The notes: a model not told the origin generated them from the letters alone. A stretch of DNA of 64,000 nucleotides from Saprospiraceae bacterium (GCA_020628475.1 JAHDFB010000003.1:10142-74141); one strand, 5' to 3'; shown: positions 29,071 to 39,294, counted from the first letter of the stretch. A program made the numbers and translations.

Positions 29071-32000
29071 ATGAAGAGCAAACTTATCATTCTTTTTTCA
29101 TGCTTATATTACACTATTGTAAATACGAATCATTTAAGAGCACAAGGTTGTCCAGACGTAAATATTTCACTTGAAACCCAAGAACAGGTAGATTCTTTAT
29201 TAATTAAATATCCAGATTGCAAAGAAATACTAGGCAACTTAAATATTGGTGCTGATATTGAAAATTTGCATGGACTTCTTGGAATTACACATATATATGG
29301 AGGGGTGGTTTTACAAGAGAACAATCATCTAAATGATTTTATTGGTCTTGATAGTTTAGTTTTTATTGGTAAATTGAAAGGAGATGGAGTGACTTACATC
29401 GCTGGTTATTTCTTTCAAAATGATCCTTGTGATGAGCCAACTCCGAAATATGGAAAACGCAAAGAATTGTCTTTATTTATCCACAACAACGCTTCCTTAA
29501 AAAATTTGAATGGATTAGAAAAACTAACAAATATCGAAGGAATGCTTTGGATATATAAGAACAGTAAATTACTCCATATTAATGGTTTATCAAACTTAAA
29601 ATCCATAGGCAGTGGTAATTGGGGTTATTATGATATTGAAAATTCCAATTCGCATTTAACCTCAAATATATCGATCGTTATCGATTCCAATGCTACACTT
29701 CAATCTATTGAAGGACTTAATCAAGTTAATGACTTAACGGGTGCTTTACGAATTATTGATAACAAAGAACTTGAAGGAGAAGTTCTACACAACTTACATA
29801 AAATAGGCACTGGTTGGTATTATCATGGTGCCCCTGAAAATCCTTTTGATACTCTTTTTCAATCAATCACAATCAGGCATAACAAAAATCTTTCATGTCT
29901 AAATGTTGGATTTTGTAGAGCAATTACTAATCATAATTATATAAGCCTAAATAATAATGGAATTGATTGCTCTGATAAAGAATTAATGAAATTCAACTGC
30001 GAATATTTAGGAAATATTCTTCATCCAGTTTTTTATGACTTTAATCAAGACGGGGAATACACAATAGACGAACCCTTATTAAATGGATTTAATATTCATG
30101 CCGAACCAGGTAATTTCAATTCTTTAACAAATCAATCGAATGGAGGTAAAATATACCTTCCAACAGGATTCTATGAAGTTGGTATTGATACTACAGCATT
30201 AGATGAATGGAATGTCAGCTCTGATTCCATAAGTTACACGATTCATGTTGACAGTCTTGGGTTCATGGACTCCCTATTTTTTGGAGTTTATCCAGCTGAA
30301 CAAGTTTCAAACATGCAATCAAACATTTTTCCTTCAAACCATCGTTGCAATGAATTTGCCAAAATTTCTGTCATGGCAGAAAATAAGGGTACCACTTCTA
30401 CATCTGGAACCTTATGGCTACAAGCCGATGCAAATATTCAAAATATTCAATATGTAGATGTACCTGACACTATAATTGGCGATACTCTTTTTGGTTGGTA
30501 TTTTGCAAATTTATTTCCTAGAACGAACCTCATAAAAGAAATAGAATTTCAATTACCAGGTCCTCCTGATTTTCCAATTGGTGATCCTATAAATTACAAC
30601 AGCAAAGTCATTTTTACAGATTCAAATGGAAAAGATTCTACTTCACAGATAAACAGTGCTTTGCTTGAATGCGCCTATGATCCAAATGATAAATTAGTAG
30701 CCCCTATTTATCCAAAAAACTATGCCTTAATTGAAGAGGCGTTATACTACACCATTCGATTTCAAAATACAGGGAATGCCTATGCCAAACATGTCATTAT
30801 TCAAGATGTATTAGATGAAAATCTTGATGCAAATAGTTTTGAACTTATAAATGCAAGTCACTTCGATGTGCTATCTGCCAGTATCAACGATAATGCGCAA
30901 GTAACCTTTGACTTTCACGAAATTTATTTACCAGACAGCACAGAAAATTTAGAGGAAAGTCAAGGTTTCGTTACTTTTAGTATCCGAACTAAGGAAGGAA
31001 TAATTGACCAAACAATAATAAATAATTATGCCGATATCTATTTCGATTTCAATCCCGCTATAACTACCAATACCACTACAAGTATCATGGTGCACACTTT
31101 TGATGCAGATGAAGATGGAATCTATATTTGGATTGACTGCGATGATCACGATGCAGAAATAGGTGTAGCTACGGAAGAAATTATTTATGATGGCATAGAT
31201 AATGATTGTGACCCTAACACCTTAGACGATGATTTGGATCAAGATGGTTTTACGCATGACGTAGACTGTGATGACCAAAACAAACATGTCAATCCTGGAA
31301 TGGTTGAGATCGCTTATGACGGCATCGATAATGACTGTAATCTTTTAACGCTCGATGATGACTTGGATCAGGATGGTTATACGCATGAATTGGACTGTGA
31401 TGATCAAAATGAACATATCAATCCAGATATGGTAGAGATCATATATGATGGTAACGATAATGACTGTGATCCTCTGACTCTCGATGATGATTTAGACCAA
31501 GACGGTTATACTCATGATATTGATTGCGATGATCAAAATGAACATATTAATCCTGGAATACAAGAGATCGCCTATGACGGCATCGATAATGATTGTGATC
31601 CTCTGACTCTCGATGATGATTTAGACCAAGACGGTTATACACATGATATTGATTGCGATGATCAAAATGAACATATCAACCCTGGAATACAAGAGATCGC
31701 ATATGACGGCATCGATAATGATTGTGACGCTTTGACATTTGATAACGATGTAGATCAAGATGGTTTTATTTTAGAAGAAGATTGTGACGATACAAATCCA
31801 AATATCTATCCAGGTGCTATTGAAATTTCGAATAATGCTATAGATGAAAATTGTGATGGCCAAGATCAAATCATCGAATCAATTTCAGAATCCATTATGC
31901 TATTTCCGAACCCTGTAAATGACCGACTGAATGTATTATTAAAAGAATTATTCCCTTATAATTTTAATATACAAATTTACAATATGACTGGCCAGAGGGT

Positions 32001-32136
32001 TTTGAGCACGATAATGGAGGGATCCCAAATTAGCATAAATCTTTCGGCGTTTGATGACGGTCTTTATATGGTAGAAATTTCGAATAAAGAACAGAATATA
32101 TCACATATCGAAAAAATCATCAAAATAAATAAGTAG
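29071..32136 (+). CDS. large secreted repeat protein: LRR/receptor-L-like N-domain, beta-sandwich middle, six MopE-like Cys/Asp-rich repeats, T9SS type A C-terminal tail
   Basis: 1021-aa ORF with a signal peptide and leucine-rich periodicity (NLNGLEKLTNIEGMLWIYKNSKL...). It carries a CAYDPNDKLV segment. Six 43-aa repeats follow the pattern DxDxDGY..DCDD.N..INPG..E..YDGIDNDCD. The tail (LFPNPVNDRLNVLL ... GLYMVEIS) resembles a T9SS type A sorting domain. Confidence 0.8.
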   Translation: MKSKLIILFSCLYYTIVNTNHLRAQGCPDVNISLETQEQVDSLLIKYPDCKEILGNLNIGADIENLHGLLGITHIYGGVVLQENNHLNDFIGLDSLVFIGKLKGDGVTYIAGYFFQNDPCDEPTPKYGKRKELSLFIHNNASLKNLNGLEKLTNIEGMLWIYKNSKLLHINGLSNLKSIGSGNWGYYDIENSNSHLTSNISIVIDSNATLQSIEGLNQVNDLTGALRIIDNKELEGEVLHNLHKIGTGWYYHGAPENPFDTLFQSITIRHNKNLSCLNVGFCRAITNHNYISLNNNGIDCSDKELMKFNCEYLGNILHPVFYDFNQDGEYTIDEPLLNGFNIHAEPGNFNSLTNQSNGGKIYLPTGFYEVGIDTTALDEWNVSSDSISYTIHVDSLGFMDSLFFGVYPAEQVSNMQSNIFPSNHRCNEFAKISVMAENKGTTSTSGTLWLQADANIQNIQYVDVPDTIIGDTLFGWYFANLFPRTNLIKEIEFQLPGPPDFPIGDPINYNSKVIFTDSNGKDSTSQINSALLECAYDPNDKLVAPIYPKNYALIEEALYYTIRFQNTGNAYAKHVIIQDVLDENLDANSFELINASHFDVLSASINDNAQVTFDFHEIYLPDSTENLEESQGFVTFSIRTKEGIIDQTIINNYADIYFDFNPAITTNTTTSIMVHTFDADEDGIYIWIDCDDHDAEIGVATEEIIYDGIDNDCDPNTLDDDLDQDGFTHDVDCDDQNKHVNPGMVEIAYDGIDNDCNLLTLDDDLDQDGYTHELDCDDQNEHINPDMVEIIYDGNDNDCDPLTLDDDLDQDGYTHDIDCDDQNEHINPGIQEIAYDGIDNDCDPLTLDDDLDQDGYTHDIDCDDQNEHINPGIQEIAYDGIDNDCDALTFDNDVDQDGFILEEDCDDTNPNIYPGAIEISNNAIDENCDGQDQIIESISESIMLFPNPVNDRLNVLLKELFPYNFNIQIYNMTGQRVLSTIMEGSQISINLSAFDDGLYMVEISNKEQNISHIEKIIKINK
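31102..31869 (+). repeat. in-frame tandem array of six ~129-bp units inside the 1021-aa gene
   Basis: Unit starts are near 31102, 31225, 31354, 31483, 31612 and 31741. Units 31483-31611 and 31612-31740 differ at only 4 positions over their first ~110 nt. Confidence 0.85.
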
Positions 32137-32180
32137 CACAATTGAATAGATAAAATGGTGCTACTTAATTTCTTTAATAT
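32133..32180 (+). terminator. possible intrinsic terminator after the 1021-aa gene
   Basis: GTAGCAC (32133-32139, overlapping the stop codon) pairs with GTGCTAC (32158-32164) and is followed by a T-rich tract (TTAATTTCTTTAATATTT). The loop is long, at 18 nt. Confidence 0.35.
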
Positions 32181-32251
32181 TTCAATCCATCATTAAAGGC
32201 TTATCCCAAGATCAATCCACCGTCCAGACCAAAATTCCTAGCTAAAATACA

Positions 32252-32259
32252 TACCTTTG
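32252..32259 (+). promoter_or_regulatory. Bacteroidota-type -7 promoter box candidate (TACCTTTG)
   Basis: It matches TAnnTTTG and sits 24 nt upstream of the ATG at 32283. Confidence 0.35.
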
Positions 32260-32282
32260 CAGCCTAAATTTTTCTCAACTGC

Positions 32283-33680
32283 ATGGCCAAAAAAAAATAC
32301 GCAATTATTGACATCGAGACCACCGGTGGCATGGCTAAAAGAGACAAAATTACCGAAATCGGCATAGTCATTCACAATGGTGAAGAAGTGATTGATCAGT
32401 TCGAAAGCCTCATCAATCCCGGTAGATCCATTCCGGCGAATATTACAAGAATTACAGGAATAACCAACGACATGGTCGCCGATGCACCACCCTTTTATGA
32501 AATAGCCAAAACCATTGTCGAAATGACCGAAGGCGCTATTTTCGTGGCACACAATGTTCGCTTCGATTATAGTTTTATTCGTGAGGCATTTGCAGAATTG
32601 GGCTATACCTTTTCAAAAAGACAACTATGCACCGTTCGATTATCCCGTAAAGCCTTTCCTGGGCTAAAATCCTATAGCTTAGGGAACCTGATTCGGCACT
32701 TTGACATTAAGGTCAATGCTCGTCACCGAGCGTTGGACGATGCTAAAGCTACCGCAATCCTATTAGACAAAATCCTTAAACAAGAAGCCAATAACGAACA
32801 TATTAATCACTTGATTAATGAAGGAATCAAAGAGAGTCGATTACCAAAAAACATCAATCTCGAATTCTTACACAGTCTTCCTGAATCATGCGGGGTTTAT
32901 TACTTTCATAATGAATATGGCACCCCAGTTTATATTGGTAAAAGTATCAACATTAAAAAACGCGTATTTCAGCATTTTTCAAAAACCACCAAGAAGGCAG
33001 AAAATTTACAGAAATTCGTACACCACATCAGCTTTGAATTAACAGGAAGTGAACTCGCTTCCATGATTTTGGAATCTCAGGAAATCAAGAAATTCAGACC
33101 TGAGATAAATAAGGCTCAACGCACAAGAGAATATCCCTATTTTATACATCAATACTATGATACGGAGGGATATGTGCGATATGCAATTCTCAAAACCAGC
33201 AAGAAAAACGAACAAAACAAGGACATACTGGGTTACTTCAGTTCCCTTAGAAATGCCAAAGGACAGATAAATAACATACTCAAAGCACTGGAATTATGTG
33301 AATACAAAACCGGTTTGGTCAAAGAAGAAGATGGTCCCTGTTATTCCTACAAACTAAAACAATGTTACGGAGCCTGCATTCATGAAGAATCTGCAGAAGA
33401 TTATAATGAAAGAGCCAGTCTGGCGAGACCATTTCTAGAAAAAAAATTCGACAAGGATTTTATACTTATTGATCGTGGAAGATCCGAAGAAGAAAAATCC
33501 GTTTTCTTGGTTCAAGATGAACACTTTCAAGGTTTCGGCTATATCGGATTAGAAGAACTAAATCTAGGTATAGAAGAAATGCTTGAAGCCATCAAATATG
33601 TGAAACCAAATCCAGAAATGAATGGTATCGTTAAAAATTACGTACTCGATAAGAAGTATGAAAATATACTGAATATATAA
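32283..33680 (+). CDS. DnaQ-like 3'-5' exonuclease fused to GIY-YIG (UvrC/Cho-like) nuclease domain
   Basis: 465-aa ORF with DEDDh motifs (AIIDIETTG, FVAHNVRFDYSF, HRALDDA) followed by GIY-YIG (GVYYFHNEYGTPVYIGKSINIKKRVFQH). Confidence 0.8.
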   Translation: MAKKKYAIIDIETTGGMAKRDKITEIGIVIHNGEEVIDQFESLINPGRSIPANITRITGITNDMVADAPPFYEIAKTIVEMTEGAIFVAHNVRFDYSFIREAFAELGYTFSKRQLCTVRLSRKAFPGLKSYSLGNLIRHFDIKVNARHRALDDAKATAILLDKILKQEANNEHINHLINEGIKESRLPKNINLEFLHSLPESCGVYYFHNEYGTPVYIGKSINIKKRVFQHFSKTTKKAENLQKFVHHISFELTGSELASMILESQEIKKFRPEINKAQRTREYPYFIHQYYDTEGYVRYAILKTSKKNEQNKDILGYFSSLRNAKGQINNILKALELCEYKTGLVKEEDGPCYSYKLKQCYGACIHEESAEDYNERASLARPFLEKKFDKDFILIDRGRSEEEKSVFLVQDEHFQGFGYIGLEELNLGIEEMLEAIKYVKPNPEMNGIVKNYVLDKKYENILNI

Positions 33681-33697
33681 TTTGTATATTTAGTACC

Positions 33698-35071
33698 ATG
33701 AAAACGGATAATGGACGCAGAAAAGCCTTGAAAAAACTTGGATTGGCTGGTGGAACGATCATGCTACAACCCCTCCAGCAATGGGATGAATTTGGACAAC
33801 GTTTGCATCGACCAGACCATAATCTTTCAAATAAACTTTCTAAAACGATCACAGCCATCACCTTAGGAGCTGGAGCCAGAGGAAATATTTACGGTAATTA
33901 TGCTACTCAATATCCTGATCAACTTCAAATTGTTGGAGTTGCAGAACCGATTCCTATTCGCAACGAACGATATTGCAAAAAACACAAAATTGAAGCAAAA
34001 AACAGTTTTGTTACTTGGGAACATGTCTTTGAACAAGATAAATTCGCGGATGCCATCATTATTACAACGCCGGATGACCTACATTATGGCCCCTGTATGA
34101 AAGCTCTGGAAATGGGCTATGATGTATTGTTAGAAAAACCCATTTCTCCATCGGAAGAAGAATGCCGAGATATACTAGAACTATCCAAGAAAACAGGACG
34201 TATCGTAGCGGTATGTCATGTGCTTCGATATGCACCTTATTTCCAATCCTTGCGTCAATTAGTACAGAATGGAAGTATTGGGCAGCTAGTCAGCGTACAA
34301 CATTTCGAGCCTATTCAACACATCCATATGTCGCACAGTTACGTCCGTGGTAATTGGCATAATAGTCAAAAAACGACACCTATCATACTAGCAAAATCCT
34401 GTCATGATCTCGATATCCTTCGATGGATTGTTGGAAAACCCGCCAAGAAAGTAACTGCTTTTGGTGCACTGAGTTGGTTTAAAAAATCAAATCAACCGAA
34501 GGGAGCAACCGCTCGATGTATGGACGGTTGTGCCGTTGAAAAAAACTGTCCTTACAGTGCAAAAAGAATCTATCTTGATCGAAGAACTTGGACCTACGTA
34601 TTTGACTTACCAGATAATCCAGCGGATCACGGTGCTGTAATAGAGCGCTACTTACAAGAAACAAATTATGGGCGTTGCGTATATGATATGGAAAATGATC
34701 AACCAGATCATTATGTGTGCAATATAGAATTTGAAGATCAAATTACTGCTTCATTCAGTATGGAAGCGTTCACATCCTATCATGGAAGGAGAACGAGAAT
34801 CATGGGATCTCATGGAGATATCGTCGGTGATATGTCTAAATATGTTCATACCAATTTCAATACTGGTGAAAAAACCGAATGGGCAATGGAAACCGATGGT
34901 CATGGCGGTGGTGATTGGAAGCTCGTAGCCGATTGGTTAATGGCCATCGATCAACAGAATCCTGCTTTGCTCAGTTCTACTATCGAAGCTTCAGTAGAAA
35001 GCCATATCATGGGTTTTCAAGCCGAAAAAAGTAGGCTCCATCAAAGCGTTGAACAAATTTTAATGACCTAA
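33698..35071 (+). CDS. Gfo/Idh/MocA family oxidoreductase with Tat-like signal
   Basis: 457-aa ORF with RRKALKKLGLAGG at the N-terminus, a Rossmann segment (LGAGARGN) and an EKP motif (VLLEKP). Confidence 0.8.
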   Translation: MKTDNGRRKALKKLGLAGGTIMLQPLQQWDEFGQRLHRPDHNLSNKLSKTITAITLGAGARGNIYGNYATQYPDQLQIVGVAEPIPIRNERYCKKHKIEAKNSFVTWEHVFEQDKFADAIIITTPDDLHYGPCMKALEMGYDVLLEKPISPSEEECRDILELSKKTGRIVAVCHVLRYAPYFQSLRQLVQNGSIGQLVSVQHFEPIQHIHMSHSYVRGNWHNSQKTTPIILAKSCHDLDILRWIVGKPAKKVTAFGALSWFKKSNQPKGATARCMDGCAVEKNCPYSAKRIYLDRRTWTYVFDLPDNPADHGAVIERYLQETNYGRCVYDMENDQPDHYVCNIEFEDQITASFSMEAFTSYHGRRTRIMGSHGDIVGDMSKYVHTNFNTGEKTEWAMETDGHGGGDWKLVADWLMAIDQQNPALLSSTIEASVESHIMGFQAEKSRLHQSVEQILMT

Positions 35072-35088
35072 TATATTCAACGAACGCC

Positions 35089-35613
35089 TTAATCTATATT
35101 TTCCAACTGAAACTGAATTGTTTCAAAATCAAAGGAAGGAATAAAATCTTCGGAAAAATCTTCTTTTAAAGTACACCGTAGACTAAACGAACCTTCTATC
35201 CAATCATCGTCAATATGACTGATCGTCAAGAAATAATCTTCATCATCTAGATTATAACAACCAAATAATATATCTCCACAACCAGTAGTTATGTAAAGTG
35301 CAATGCCAGCTTTATCTTCTTCATGAAAATCCTTCAAAAGATGATTACCTTCTTGGAGCGGAACTTCCTTAAAGCTCAGTGTAACTCGTTCACAATCCGT
35401 CGTATTTTGCGTTAATCCAAAATCAAAGTGATCATTCATCTTTCGAATGCCATAAGTCCATCCAGCATAAGCTGCTCCATTCAATTGACCATCCGCAACG
35501 ATGGTTTGTTCTTCCAACTCTTCGGGAAACTCAATTTCGGGATTTGCACAAGCTAGACAAAGTATCGAGCATAAAAATAATAAGCAATATACAGGGCTGC
35601 TAAAAGTATTCAT
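35089..35613 (-). CDS. hypothetical lipoprotein
   Basis: The ORF track gives 35089-35652. The internal ATG at 35613 yields MNTFSSPVYCLLFLCSILCLACANPE, which is lipobox-like. Confidence 0.5.
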   Translation of the reverse strand: MNTFSSPVYCLLFLCSILCLACANPEIEFPEELEEQTIVADGQLNGAAYAGWTYGIRKMNDHFDFGLTQNTTDCERVTLSFKEVPLQEGNHLLKDFHEEDKAGIALYITTGCGDILFGCYNLDDEDYFLTISHIDDDWIEGSFSLRCTLKEDFSEDFIPSFDFETIQFQLENID

Positions 35614-35720
35614 CGTATCTGTTTTTCTAATAGTAAAGATAATCCAAATCATTGGCTCTCTTCTCCACTTTCGTCAAAAGCCAATGCTTCGTTGCTGAAC
35701 AAACTACTATAAGAACGAAA

Positions 35721-37403
35721 TTATTGCAGCCGATGTAGATTATTCATTTTATAAATCAAATCACCGTGAATAGCAACCACCGTAGGTTTCGGAATCTGAT
35801 CGTCGTCAAAAGGCCATAAACTTGTTGGATGCTGTAGATCGCTTGTCTGCTCACCTGGATGTTGTACGCTCAAAAACAAGGTTTTCCCATCTGGGGCAAA
35901 CCAAGGTCCCGTAAATTCAGCATCTCTGGGCGCCGTCGCCACTCGTATAACCTTGCCGGCGTCATCACCAAATCGCGGAATCACAAACAAACTGTTATTC
36001 TTATAGGGCATATAGGGTCCCGAAGGTTGATTCATAGCGCTACCAGACATATCCGTCGTCATCCAAAGATTTCCAGCCAAATCAAAGGCCAAATTGTCTG
36101 GACAAGAAAAACCATGCGCTTCTCCACCCGCCAAATAAGTCGAAGCAGTGAATTTCAAAGCATCATATGCACCATTTTTTTCTTCAATCTTCAAGATAGA
36201 TCCGTGATAATCGCCCTTGTATTTATTATTTGTCAGAGAAACCAAGACATGACCTGTGATCGGATCAATCTCAATATCCTCTGGGCGATTCAATGGAGTC
36301 GCACCCAAAATGGCCGCAGCCTCTCTGGCTCTAATCATTACTTCTGTTTGATCCTTAAAACGCTTTTGAAGCAAAGGTTGCCGTTCCCAATCTAGGGCCA
36401 ACCATTTTCCTTGTATCGTATCCGCCACATATAAGGTTCCTTCCTTTAATGAATTCGGCTTCGATGAAACAAACTTATACATGTGTTCATCATTTCGATC
36501 ATCACCTGTATATGCCACAATACGATTGTCATCCAATTGATACAAGGTACAACATTCGTGTGCAAAACGACCTAAAGCAACATGTTTTTGAGCACTACCC
36601 GTTTTTGGATCGATCTCAACTACCCAACCGTAATGCTCGGGCGGATAATCATAAAACGAATCCCAACCGTAGTATTTACTAGGCATCTTGCTGGCGACAT
36701 TGTTCTCATCATAAATGGTTTCTCCGTAAAAACCATCATAATTCTCTTCACAAGTCAAAAAGGTATTCCAAGGTGTGATGCCTCCAGAACAATTTCCCAA
36801 GGTGCCAATCGCCATCGATGAACCCTTGATGGCTACATCCCAATTAAAAGGAATTGGTGTCTTTGCAGTGATTCTTCTATTATATGGATCATTTTCAACC
36901 AATTTCCATTGACCATCCTCTTTCCTGATGCGTACGATACTCCCTCCCACATTATACATTTCACTGTCCACTTGAACTTTGGTTCTGATTTGAGCAGGAT
37001 CCCGGTAATTATAATTCGACACAAAAAGCGAATCAATATACTCGTGGTTGACCCATAATAATCCATCTTCAGGATTCGCTTCATCAAGCGGAATAAAACA
37101 GGTAAAATCACAATTAAATCCAAATCGGTCCACATCATTAATAGACGTTCCCCACTTAATCACAGGGTAATAATCCATGCCTTCCGATAACAACAGATCA
37201 TCTTTATCAGAAGCCGCTATTTCCTTTAGCTTTATTCCTTTCAAAAAATTGATTACCTCAGATGACAATACTTCAGGCGTAAGCACCGTCGCTGTATTAC
37301 CGCAACGATTCAAAAATGGAGGAATGACAACCGCCATACTCGCTTTTCCTAAAAATGACAGAAATTCCTTTCTACTATATGTTCGCTTGGTAAACGCTTC
37401 CAT
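35721..37403 (-). CDS. phoX: PhoX-like (DUF839) secreted phosphatase
   Basis: The ORF extends to 37460. The start is ATG 37403 or 37460, and the N-terminus (SRKEFLSFLGKASMAVV) is a degenerate Tat-like signal. Beta-propeller motifs are RPEDIEIDPITGHV, PDNLAFDLAGNLWMTTD and FTGPWFAPDGKTLFLSVQHPGE. Confidence 0.75.
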   Translation of the reverse strand: MEAFTKRTYSRKEFLSFLGKASMAVVIPPFLNRCGNTATVLTPEVLSSEVINFLKGIKLKEIAASDKDDLLLSEGMDYYPVIKWGTSINDVDRFGFNCDFTCFIPLDEANPEDGLLWVNHEYIDSLFVSNYNYRDPAQIRTKVQVDSEMYNVGGSIVRIRKEDGQWKLVENDPYNRRITAKTPIPFNWDVAIKGSSMAIGTLGNCSGGITPWNTFLTCEENYDGFYGETIYDENNVASKMPSKYYGWDSFYDYPPEHYGWVVEIDPKTGSAQKHVALGRFAHECCTLYQLDDNRIVAYTGDDRNDEHMYKFVSSKPNSLKEGTLYVADTIQGKWLALDWERQPLLQKRFKDQTEVMIRAREAAAILGATPLNRPEDIEIDPITGHVLVSLTNNKYKGDYHGSILKIEEKNGAYDALKFTASTYLAGGEAHGFSCPDNLAFDLAGNLWMTTDMSGSAMNQPSGPYMPYKNNSLFVIPRFGDDAGKVIRVATAPRDAEFTGPWFAPDGKTLFLSVQHPGEQTSDLQHPTSLWPFDDDQIPKPTVVAIHGDLIYKMNNLHRLQ

Positions 37404-37685
37404 GTTAATCCTACTTTTCGATGATAACCATAAATCAAGTATTAAAATTATACGTTTCATGTAATTATAATGTTAGAGGAATGCTAACTTGTAATGAACG
37501 ATTGATTCTCCGCATATCTCTAACACGACAATTAATCATCAATTTTAACAATCGAGTTTAAACCTTTTTTCAAACATCCTGTTCATACTATAGTGATTGA
37601 GTAGCATAAACAATACTACAAAAATGGTTTAGTGGTAGAATTATTTTTGGAAATTATAACATTAGTTTAGTTAGTTAGTTGAATT

Positions 37686-37719
37686 GATCCCCTGCGAAGT
37701 GAAGCATTTCCAGGGGATC
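37686..37719. terminator. GC-rich hairpin (GATCCCCTG / CAGGGGATC), terminator-like
   Basis: A 9-bp perfect stem with a 16-nt loop. A T-run (TTTT) follows only on the plus strand. It lies 92 nt downstream of the lysA stop, which is on the minus strand. Confidence 0.4.
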
Positions 37720-37810
37720 TTTTAATTCAACATCTTTTTTAACGTCTTATTTTGAAGTATTTTGACCTCGTAATAGATTTTCTAATGCATATTTCGGTTT
37801 TAAGCACCAC

Positions 37811-39040
37811 TTAAGCCGGCATCAAATTCTCCTGTTCAAACACAGCTACATCCACAAACGTCTGCTTCAAATCTTCATAGCGCTCTCGTCTACGAATCAG
37901 AAAATGTTGATCCTGATAGATCAATACTTCAGCCGGTCTCGCCCGCAAATTATAATTACTGGCCATCGAAAAACAATAAGCTCCCGCATTATGAAAGACA
38001 ATCAAATCATTTTTACGCACTTCCGATAAAATCCGATCATTCGCAAACGTATCCGTCTCGCAGATATAACCCACCACATTATACAATTTTTTGTCTCCAG
38101 CAGGATTGGATACATTTTCAACCTGATGATAAGCATCATAAAACATCGGTCGAATTAAATGATTAAATCCTGAATTCAAACCTAAAAATGTGCAAGCTGT
38201 CGTTTGCTTAATCACATTCACCCGACAAAGAAAATAGCCAGCGTCACTCACCAAATATTTCCCCGGTTCAAATCGCAGGGTCAACTCCTTTCCATACGCT
38301 TCACAAAATCGATTAAAGCGCTTTGAAAACACACGTCCCAATTTTTTAATATCTGTCGTGCGATCCCCTTCTTTATAGGGTACTTTAAATCCACTCCCAA
38401 AATCAATATATTCTAAGCCTTCAATTTCTTGAGCCATCGAGAAAACCAATTCTGCCCCGCGCATATATATTTCAACATCAGCGATCTCACTACCCGTATG
38501 TATATGTATACCTTCCACTCGTATGTTCAACCGATCAATCATGCGTTTGACCAGGGGAAATTGATGTATTGAAATACCAAACTTGGAGTCGATGGCCCCT
38601 ACAGAAATCTTTAAATTTCCTCCGGCCATAATATGAGGATTGAAGCGAATACAGAGCGGATAATTCGGATATTTCATGGCGATAAATTCAAGCATATTTA
38701 GATTATCCACATTGACATGCACACCCAGTTCGATAGCTGCCTCATATTCGGCTTCACTGACATTATTGGGTGTATACATTATCTGATCTGGCTCAAATCC
38801 ACATTCCAAAGCCAATCGAACTTCGTTTAAAGAAACGCAGTCTACCCCACTTCCTAAGGATTTCAACAGTTTTAATATAGCCGGATTGGTTAATGCCTTG
38901 CAGGCGTAATGTACTTTTAAGTTCGGCACCTTAAACTGATTCACGAAGCGCTGATAATTTTCTACGATTCGATCCCCGTCATAAATGTACAAGGGACTTC
39001 CATATTCCTGTGCCAATTGGCTAAAATCAATCTGATTCAT
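37811..39040 (-). CDS. lysA: diaminopimelate decarboxylase
   Basis: 409-aa ORF with the fold-type III PLP decarboxylase pattern (HYACKALTN with the PLP lysine, HIHTGS, GYICETD). Confidence 0.85.
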   Translation of the reverse strand: MNQIDFSQLAQEYGSPLYIYDGDRIVENYQRFVNQFKVPNLKVHYACKALTNPAILKLLKSLGSGVDCVSLNEVRLALECGFEPDQIMYTPNNVSEAEYEAAIELGVHVNVDNLNMLEFIAMKYPNYPLCIRFNPHIMAGGNLKISVGAIDSKFGISIHQFPLVKRMIDRLNIRVEGIHIHTGSEIADVEIYMRGAELVFSMAQEIEGLEYIDFGSGFKVPYKEGDRTTDIKKLGRVFSKRFNRFCEAYGKELTLRFEPGKYLVSDAGYFLCRVNVIKQTTACTFLGLNSGFNHLIRPMFYDAYHQVENVSNPAGDKKLYNVVGYICETDTFANDRILSEVRKNDLIVFHNAGAYCFSMASNYNLRARPAEVLIYQDQHFLIRRRERYEDLKQTFVDVAVFEQENLMPA

Positions 39041-39294
39041 TTTATTTTTTAATTTATTAAATGTTTTAGAATATATCCAAAGGATATTTCATGGCATAAA
39101 ATGCAAGCAGTTAGCTGTTCTAATATGCTCTTTTGTTATCTTATTAATGATTTGATAAATGGATCTAGAACTAGATCTCAACCGGTCTTAAATTGATGAA
39201 CATATCTAAAGATGAACGTCCAAGTATAAACCAGTATATAAACAGAAGAATTGGGGGACAATAGAATCTTTAGAACAAAAGTATAATCTGTCCC

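Noticed and set aside
31102-31869. Tandem repeats as a possible CRISPR array
   Set aside because: The units are contiguous, 129 bp long, in frame and without spacers. They encode a repeated protein motif inside a long ORF.
35859-36395. 178-aa plus-strand ORF and other long antisense ORFs (27216-27647, 40432-40812, 41697-42005, 44894-45262, 46325-46693, 21506-21823)
   Set aside because: All lie fully inside well-supported genes on the opposite strand. They encode basic or low-complexity sequences without recognisable motifs, so they are shadow ORFs.
37664-37683. Three-frame stop run TTAGTTTAGTTAGTTAGTTG as a sign of an engineered insert
   Set aside because: It is a short low-complexity repeat in AT-rich intergenic DNA, with no vector-like flanks. 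It is most simply natural slippage.
39041-39294. Lysine riboswitch upstream of lysA
   Set aside because: I could not find the conserved lysine-riboswitch core elements. The interval is AT-rich, with only a short palindrome (GATCTAGaaCTAGATC) and a weak hairpin (GGGGACA...TGTCCCC) that probably terminates the upstream desaturase gene.
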